64,000 nucleotides of DNA from Prasinococcaceae sp. CCMP 1430 (lineage: Eukaryota; Plantae; Prasinodermophyta): NCBI GenBank assembly GCA_013416795.1, contig RQSC01000026.1, positions 71,980 through 135,979 of the forward strand, written 5' to 3'. Position 1 is the first letter of the stretch, and every line of letters starts with the position of its first letter. This document shows, piece after piece, positions 57,474 to 64,000 of this stretch. The notes beneath the pieces are model-generated. The model had not been told where the DNA came from and ran no database searches. It was given only the letters and a program-made list of their open reading frames with translations. A program made the translations under genes and the position numbers.

Positions 57474-58385
57474 GTGCGCGTGCCGGCGGCGGTGATCGCG
57501 ACGGGCGTTGCGATGCCGGTAGTGTCGCTGGGCACGGGCGGCGGCGACGTTGGCAACCGCTCGGTGGTGCGCGGTGCCGTGCGGGACTGGCTGCTCGTCG
57601 CCGGGGGGAGAGGCATCGACACCGCGGCAGACTACGACAATGAGGACCTGGTAGGCGACGCGCTCGCCGACGCGGCCGCGGCCGGCGTCCAGCGCGAAGA
57701 GATCTTCTTGACGACCAAGCAGCCCGGCCCGCTCGGATACGACGCCACGCTGGCGTCGCTCGAGGCGTCGCTGGGCCGGCTGCGCACGACCTGGGTCGAC
57801 CTCTTCCTCGTTCACTTTCCCGACCCCGCCAACGCGACCACGCCGGCCGAGGCGCGGCAGCTTCGGCAGGACACCTGGCGGGCGATGGAGCACCTGCGGG
57901 CGAGCGGCAAGGCGCGTGCGGTGGGCGTGTCCAACTTCGAGGTGACCCACCTCAAGGACGTGCTCGACGTGGCCACCGTCGTGCCCGCGGTGAACCAGGT
58001 GCTCTTCAACCCCGTGAAAGCCGACATGGAGCTGCTGGCGTTCTGCGACAGGTGGGGCATCACGCTCGAGGCTTGGAGTCCGCTGGGCGGCCACGACTCC
58101 CGCCACGGCGAGGTGCTGAACCTGCCCCTCATGCGCCGCGTCGCCGCCGCGCACGGCGTCTCCACCGCGCAGGTGGCGCTCCGCTGGGCGCTGCAGCACG
58201 GCATCGTGCTCACCGCCGGCACCACCAACCCCGCGCACATGTCGACCAACCTCGACCTGTGGGACTTCAGGCTCACCGACGACGAGGTCGCGGCCATCTC
58301 CGCGCTCACGCCGCCGCGCGGCCGCTCGGCGCCGGGGGCGCTCCTGAGGGGGGGCGCCGGGTTGGGATCAGGAGCTCGTGTTTGA
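57474..58385 (+). CDS. Aldo-keto reductase, intronless; 5' end abuts the chvI fragment (first ATG 57513)
   Basis: MPVVSLGT; catalytic tetrad D(IDTA)-Y(DYDNE)-K(LTTK)-H(LVHFP); [28 protein letters not shown]. Confidence 0.92.
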   Translation: MRVPAAVIATGVAMPVVSLGTGGGDVGNRSVVRGAVRDWLLVAGGRGIDTAADYDNEDLVGDALADAAAAGVQREEIFLTTKQPGPLGYDATLASLEASLGRLRTTWVDLFLVHFPDPANATTPAEARQLRQDTWRAMEHLRASGKARAVGVSNFEVTHLKDVLDVATVVPAVNQVLFNPVKADMELLAFCDRWGITLEAWSPLGGHDSRHGEVLNLPLMRRVAAAHGVSTAQVALRWALQHGIVLTAGTTNPAHMSTNLDLWDFRLTDDEVAAISALTPPRGRSAPGALLRGGAGLGSGARV

Positions 58386-58442
58386 GGGTAGGGGTAAAAT
58401 AGGGTCCGTCATTTTTTTAAGGAGGGGGGGGTGACTGCGAAG

Positions 58443-58612
58443 TTCACTTTTGACGTGGGAGTCATCCTTTCACTTTTGACGTGGGAGTCGTCCTTTCACT
58501 TTGACGTGGGAGTCGTCCTTTCAATTTGACGTGGGAGTCGTCCTTTCACTTTGATGTGGGAGTCGTCCTTTCACTATGACGTGGGAGTCATCCCTTCACA
58601 ATGACGTGGGAG
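58443..58612. repeat. Tandem repeat, 7 copies (last partial) of 25-26 bp TTCACTTTGACGTGGGAGTCRTCCT
   Basis: Head-to-tail copies with no spacers. Confidence 0.95.
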
Positions 58613-58832
58613 GTGTCGGGTGTTCGATGGCTCCCAGGGAGAAACGGCGGCGCCAGCGGCGCGCGCACTCTCGCGCGCCACACGCCGCGCGCGAGGTGCT
58701 GCGTGGCAAGGGAGGCACCCTCCCCCCCCGCCCTTCTTCCGCGCTCTCTCTCTCGCTCTCTCTGTGTCTCTCTCCGCCCTCTCTGCTCCGCCCGTTGGCG
58801 TCTCCCAGCCGACAACGGCGCGGCGCCGAGCG

Positions 58833-60112
58833 ATGGCGCCGCCGAGCGCTGCAGGCGGCAGTGGAGGCGGACGGGGGCGGCATGCGGGCGCCGGGGGTGT
58901 CTCGCGGACGGAGAGGCGCACGGTGGGGGCCGATGGCGGGGAGGGTCGCGATGGTGACCGCGAGCAGGAGAGCGATGACGACGAGGAGGAAGACGACGAT
59001 GACGAAGGGGACTATGAGGACGACGAAATCGACGACCTGCTGTTGGGTGACGGTGCGCGGGGCGCGCCCATGCGTGCGCCCGAGCCAAAGCGCTAATATA
59101 AGCCCAGCGCCTGCAGAGCCTGCGCTCGTGCGTGTGCGCCTCGCGCTATCAGAAACTTCCAGCGCGCGCTGCCGGCAGGACCGACGGTCACCTCCCTTGC
59201 TCGGCACGCTGCCGGAGCCCGCTGGTGGCGGCGCACACATGAGGCTCAAGCTGACCCGCTCGCTACGCAGCCCCCCCGTCTGGCAGTGGCATCCAACCCA
59301 TCATGTCCAAGGCAAAGATGTCCAAGGCGGCGTCGAAGGGCGGAGAGGGATCCGAACGCGGCGTGGTGTACCTGGGCTACGTTCCCCCTAAGATGACTGC
59401 GCTCAAGTTGCGGCGCATGCTGAGCGCACACAAGAACGCCGAGGTGCTGCGCATCTACCTCGCGCCGGAGAACGAGGCCGCACTGCGCGCACGGCGCAAG
59501 GGCGCGAAGGACGGGGAGCGCAAGGGCGATCGCGGCAAGCGCTATGTGGAGGGTTGGGTGGAATTCGGCGACAAGCGCGTGGCCAAGCGCATCGCACTCA
59601 AGCTGCACGGCACGCCCATGGGCGGTGCGCGACGGAGCGCGCACTTCGAGAGCCTGTGGAACCTGCGCTACCTCTCCAAGTTCAAGTGGCACCACCTCAC
59701 CGAGGACGCGCGCAGGCAGCGCGCGGAGAGCGCACAGGCATTCGCACAGGAGGTGCGCGAGGCGGCCCGAGACAAGAGCTTCTATGTCTCGCGGGTGAAC
59801 CAAGCAAGGGCCATTGAGCGTAAGGAGAAGGCTGAGCGCGAGCGCAGGAGCACTGATGGGCACGACAGCGGCGAGCGCGACGACGGCGGAAAGGAGAGAA
59901 TGGGTGGCACTGCCAAGGACGGCGAGGACGACCGTGTCGTGGCCAAACATACCATAAAGACGAACAAACGCGCTGCAGACGCGGAAGGCGAAGTCGCGGA
60001 CCGCAAGCAGCCCAAACGCCCGTTCCGCACCTTCAAGCAAAAGACCGTGCGGCGCGACGCGGACGCCGTCAAGCCGGCGCCTGCTGCGGTGCTCGACACC
60101 ATCTTCGGATAG
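58833..60112 (+). CDS. ESF2: Pre-rRNA processing protein ESF2/ABT1: join(58833..59052,59271..60112)
   Basis: GVVYLGYVPP.M, RIYLAPE, YVEGWVEF.DKRVAK, LWNLRYL.KFKWHHLTE; acidic N-terminus; phase-1 intron with CTGAC branch. Confidence 0.93.
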
Positions 60113-60416
60113 CTCGCACGCACCGACGGTGTCACGTATCGCGCGCTCCGCATGTAAATTCTGTACTGTACCTCTCTGTACGCTCGAAGGCGTCGCAGGG
60201 AGCGCACCCGGCGCGGGACGTCCGTGGTTGCGAGTCCGCCGCATCGCTCACGCAGCTGCAACGGCGGCAGCGGCCGGGGCTCCTCGGATGGTCACGCGCA
60301 CGCCGCGCACACTGAGGGGCCCGGCGCGTGCGTCGCTCTCATGTCTCGTTATTACGACATCATCTCACGTGAAGGGACAGTCCGACCGCGTGCTGTCGCG
60401 TCTCCTCCTGCTACTG

Positions 60417-61292
60417 TCAGTGTGAGTGATCGTGATCGTGAGCATGATCATGAGCCTCATCGTGAGTATGGTCATGAGAGGAGCAGAGCGCGGCAGCCAT
60501 CAACTCGAGTGCGGCAGCAGCGAGGGCCCTTTCGTCGTCGTCGCAGACCTGGTCGTTTTTCGTGTGCTCCGCGCGCCGCAATTTGCGTCGCTCGCGCGTG
60601 CGCTCACGCACGACGCTCGCATGGCATTTGACCGGCCCTCCTTTGCACGCACACGCCATCATACACTGCAAGCACAGGCCTTGGAGTTTCTTCGAGGGCT
60701 TGGACTTCTTTTCCAAGGCGCTCGCGACAGCGCCCACGGCATCAACAGCCGAAGACAGCTGATCGCCCGTGCCGGCGGCTTCGCTCCGCTGGTCCGCCCT
60801 CGCGGCGAGGGCGCTGCGCACCGACTTCGCCAACTCAACGTGGTGTTGGGGTGCGCCTGGCACGTCAGCAGCGGCCAGAAACTTCGCCAGTCTATGCCCA
60901 CAGTCGTGTGTGTGGTAGCCCTGTCCGCACCGGACGCATATGGACACGATCCGCGCGTACTTGGCTACCTGTCCGCATGCGTGACAAGAGACCACCCTCG
61001 GTTTGTCTGCGTGCACACGCATGCGTACATGTCAGAGCGCCATCGAGCGGGAGGGCGGGCGGACGCGTCAGCGGTAAAATCGCACGCTCGAGCGAGGTGG
61101 AGAGGTCGGGGGCGGGGGAGGGGCTGCGACGCAGCGCAGCGCATGCGCCGTACCACCGGCGTCGCTCTTTTGTTTTCTCTTGCGCCCCCGCGCGGGTATT
61201 TGTTGTGGCGATGTGCCACCGCTCGCGGGAACGGGGCTAGGTAGCCCCTTACTGTCTGTTCCTTGCATCTCTGGGGATGCCGCGGGCTCCAT
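60417..61292 (-). CDS. Multi-CXXC zinc-finger protein (zf-4CXXC_R1-like) with His/Asp tail: complement(join(60417..61006,61154..61292))
   Basis: NLS-like GRKRKQK; SCHACGQ..CVRC..YH...C..CLQC..CAC..C; GTACGG..GCAG intron in frame. Confidence 0.7.
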
Positions 61293-61955
61293 CGCCCGCC
61301 AACAGCGCCGCAGCGCCGCGTGGCGGCTTGTGCTGCGCAGCTCAACCGCCTTCCCCCTCCCCGGCCCTCTCCCCTCCCCCACCCCCCCTCGCGACCACCA
61401 AGACACGGCGTGGCAACACCCGGCCGCCACCCACCCTACCCTTCTCGCCTCCGCGACGCGTAGCTCTGCGCCACTGGCTGAAAGACCGGTGCTGCGGGCG
61501 CGCCGCGCCGCGTCGCGCCGTCCGCCAGCCGGAGCCCGCGCGTGTGGCGCACGCGCGACGCGGCGCGCCCCCCCGCTCGGTACCGCGCCGCACACAAAAG
61601 TGCCCAACAGGGGCGCACGAGCCCGCGACGGCAGAATGAATTGAATGCCCGAGTCGAAAAAATGAAACAGCGCCAATGCGCGCATGCACGCATGGGATGC
61701 GGCCTCTCGTCGTCGTGTCGCAGGCGGCTGCGGGTGAGGCGCAGACGCGAGGGCCGACCGAGGTCAAGTCGAAAGCGATGCGAGGGCGCGCATGCGCCGT
61801 GATCAAGACCGGTGGGGCAACGCCGCCACCGGCACCGCACCGAAAACGCGCGACCGGGACCCGTGGCGGTTGCGGCCGGCGCCGGCGCGGCCAGGGGCGC
61901 GCTGCTGCGGCGAGCGCCACACCGCGCGCGGCCGGCGCGCGGTGGGCGCGGGGCA

Positions 61956-62351
61956 ATGGCGACGGCGGTGCAGGCATGGGACACGCCGCTCAAGGCGCTC
62001 TTGGCTGAGGGCGTGGCGTCTGGATACGCGATGGTGCGCATCGGCGCGGCGCCCAACGACAGCGCCGGCGAGGGCACGCTGGGGGGAGAGAGCGGTGCGC
62101 ACGCTGCTGCGGAGCTGTGTGCGCCCGCGGGGGACCAACCAAGCCGAGCCGTCGAAGCATGCGGCGACACCTTTCGCGTCTTCTACGACGACCGCCGTGC
62201 GGTGTACGCCGCCGGCGCACGAGGCGCGTTGCTGTTGCTCAGCCGTGTCGGCGCTGGCCGATGCGTCGTCGTGCACGCAAGGCGCGACCCATCGCGGCAG
62301 TCGATCGCCGCTCTGGAGCGCACGTGCGACACACTGCGGCAGTCTGAGTGA
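61956..62351 (+). CDS. Divergent profilin-like protein (131 aa)
   Basis: Profilin size and pattern: N-terminal W helix, G.TFRV...D..AVYA, C-terminal ALERTCDTLR; TGTAA at 62380-62384. Confidence 0.5.
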   Translation: MATAVQAWDTPLKALLAEGVASGYAMVRIGAAPNDSAGEGTLGGESGAHAAAELCAPAGDQPSRAVEACGDTFRVFYDDRRAVYAAGARGALLLLSRVGAGRCVVVHARRDPSRQSIAALERTCDTLRQSE

Positions 62352-62473
62352 ACGTGCAGGCGGTGGCAGCGCGTGCGATTGTAACTTGCATCCTTGTACA
62401 AGCGGGGTCACTTTGTTATTCAATCAGATTAGGCGCCTATGCACGCAGGCGCGATGGGCCCCTGCCGGGGTCC

Positions 62474-63440
62474 CTACTGGTTCCATGAGAGCAGCGACGG
62501 GTCCCCGAGCTTGCGAGGCTTGATGTGGCGCACGACGAGGAAGACTAGGCCAAAAAGCAGCGACGCGGCACCCACAGCAATGTACGCAACGCCTAGGAAG
62601 GCATTCTTGCCGCCAAGCCACGATGCAGTAGACAGCACAACGCTCTTCTTGCCCTTGAACGCGTAGGTGTTGTATCTGTTCTCCACATCGACGGTGATGG
62701 TGGTACCCGCCGGAATGTCCGACTCGATCCTGCCCCACAGCTTGCGGAAGTGCGGCAGCGCGGCGGTGCGCATCCACACGACGAAGTGCTCGTCCTCCGA
62801 GAGTGACTTTGTGGGGTCAAGAACGCCACCGCCGCGTGCGTCGGGGTTCTGATTGTTGACGAACGGCAGGTCACCGTTCACGAGGTGCTCCTCGTCGAGC
62901 GGCTCGTTGTCAAACTTGTCCTTGACGTCAGATGCCCACGCGATGCCCGTCTCGAGCACGTCCACAGCGCTCGTTGCATCACCCACCGTCTTGGTCAGTG
63001 CATAGGTATCGTTGAAGAAGCTCCACGCCACGAGGCCGCACGGGTAGATGGCGTGGCCGTCCTCGTCCCTGTCGAGCGGTGGGGTGCACTCGCCGAGCTC
63101 CGAGAAGCTGTTGGACGACAGCATCTGCAGGTCTGAGCGCGACTTGACGTATCGGCGGTGGTTTTGGAAGAAGTTGTCCATCTCATAGTACAGGAACACC
63201 GGCGCCTTCATGTCTTTGTCCACCTGGATCATCACGCTGCACGACACGCCAGCGCCATCCTCGATGGCCGACAGCGCCTGCGACGCCGCATGTGTGTCGC
63301 CAACGGCGACGTCTCCCGGCAGGCACCCCGGCTTGTCGTCATAGCGCACAGTGTATTCCACCACACCCGAGCTCGCCGACAGGCACACCACGCCGATGGG
63401 GATGAACACCAGGCCCACCGCGAAGCAGATGATTAGCACC
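62474..63440 (-). CDS. CDC50: CDC50/LEM3/ALIS P4-ATPase beta subunit, last exon (upstream exons not found in window)
   Basis: FIPIGV, YYEMDNFFQNHRRYVKSRSD.Q, PCGLVAWSFFNDTY, FVVWMRTAALPHFRKLWG, SWLGGKNAFLG. Confidence 0.96.
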
Positions 63441-64000
63441 CTGCCGCGTTCCCGCGCGCAGCGTTTCGTTGCACGGGCACAGCCGCGCGTGGGCCCGCAA
63501 GGGCAAGCGGGGGCCACAGAGCGTCAGCAAAAGGGGTGTCGCGGCTCGGCGGTCGCGCACGCAGGAGAGCTGGAATACCGCGCGGGGGAGCGGGCAAGCG
63601 GAGGTCGAGCGGGCACGGGCGCGGCATGCCGGGAGCGGCGTCCACGCCGCCGGCGAGGGCAACGCTCAGTCGAACATCCGCGCCTGCAGCGGCGAAGGAA
63701 AAAGGGTGGAAAATCGAGGCGCGCGCGACGGGCGCACGCAGGCCACCCCCAGGCTGCCCCGCGCACGCCCCACGTACGCTCGCCACGCGCGCCGGCGCAG
63801 CGGGCGGGCGATGGGGGCCTACCACTCCGAAGGCACCCCGAGGTGCGCTGGCGCGCTAGCGAGGGGCTCAGCGCTCCCCCGCTGTCCGCGTGGCCCCGTG
63901 CGCTGGAGCGCGCGCGCTGGGTGGGAAGGGGCACCCCTCTCCCCTTCTGGGAAAAAAAAAAAAACTCGCAACGGCGGGGAGCACCTGCGCGCGCCCCGAG

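Noticed and set aside
56676-57495. Plus-strand ORFs spanning the N gap
   Set aside because: Artefacts of translating Ns; the real coding signal is the minus-strand chvI fragment.
58443-58612. CRISPR array
   Set aside because: Units are contiguous with no unique spacers, no cas genes are present, and the context is eukaryotic.

Overview
Gene-dense, very GC- and CpG-rich eukaryotic nuclear DNA. Short GT-AG introns (GTGCGC/GTGAG/GTACG donors, CTGAC/CTAAC branch points, often GCGCAG acceptors), TGTAA motifs after several stop codons, and plastid-type genes (Asp-semialdehyde dehydrogenase, ABC1K kinase, PPR protein) point to a green alga. A prasinophyte-grade lineage is my inference, not proven. 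About 30 protein-coding genes can be modelled. Well-recognised ones are NAA10, ASD, ABC1K, glycine decarboxylase P, ASCC2, SEC6, ESF2/ABT1, CDC50/ALIS, an aldo-keto reductase, SET, PH, UBL-UBA and ARID-Tudor proteins, and a sulfotransferase. The most unusual loci are: (1) a single-domain voltage-gated cation channel with filter TGESWAE; (2) an intronless ~978-aa uncharacterised protein with CorA-like C-terminal topology but no GMN motif; (3) a cold-shock-domain/PPR fusion; (4) a fibronectin-type-II cell-surface protein; (5) a plant CPR5-like membrane protein; (6) an alphaproteobacterial chvI fragment beside an assembly gap; (7) a 7-copy TGACGTGG repeat array. The assembly has single-N joins, one 403-N gap and several low-quality junctions that truncate 5' ends, so some juxtapositions may be artefacts. 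No rRNA, tRNA, CRISPR array or recognisable transposase was seen. All family calls come from motif recognition by eye; no database searches were run.
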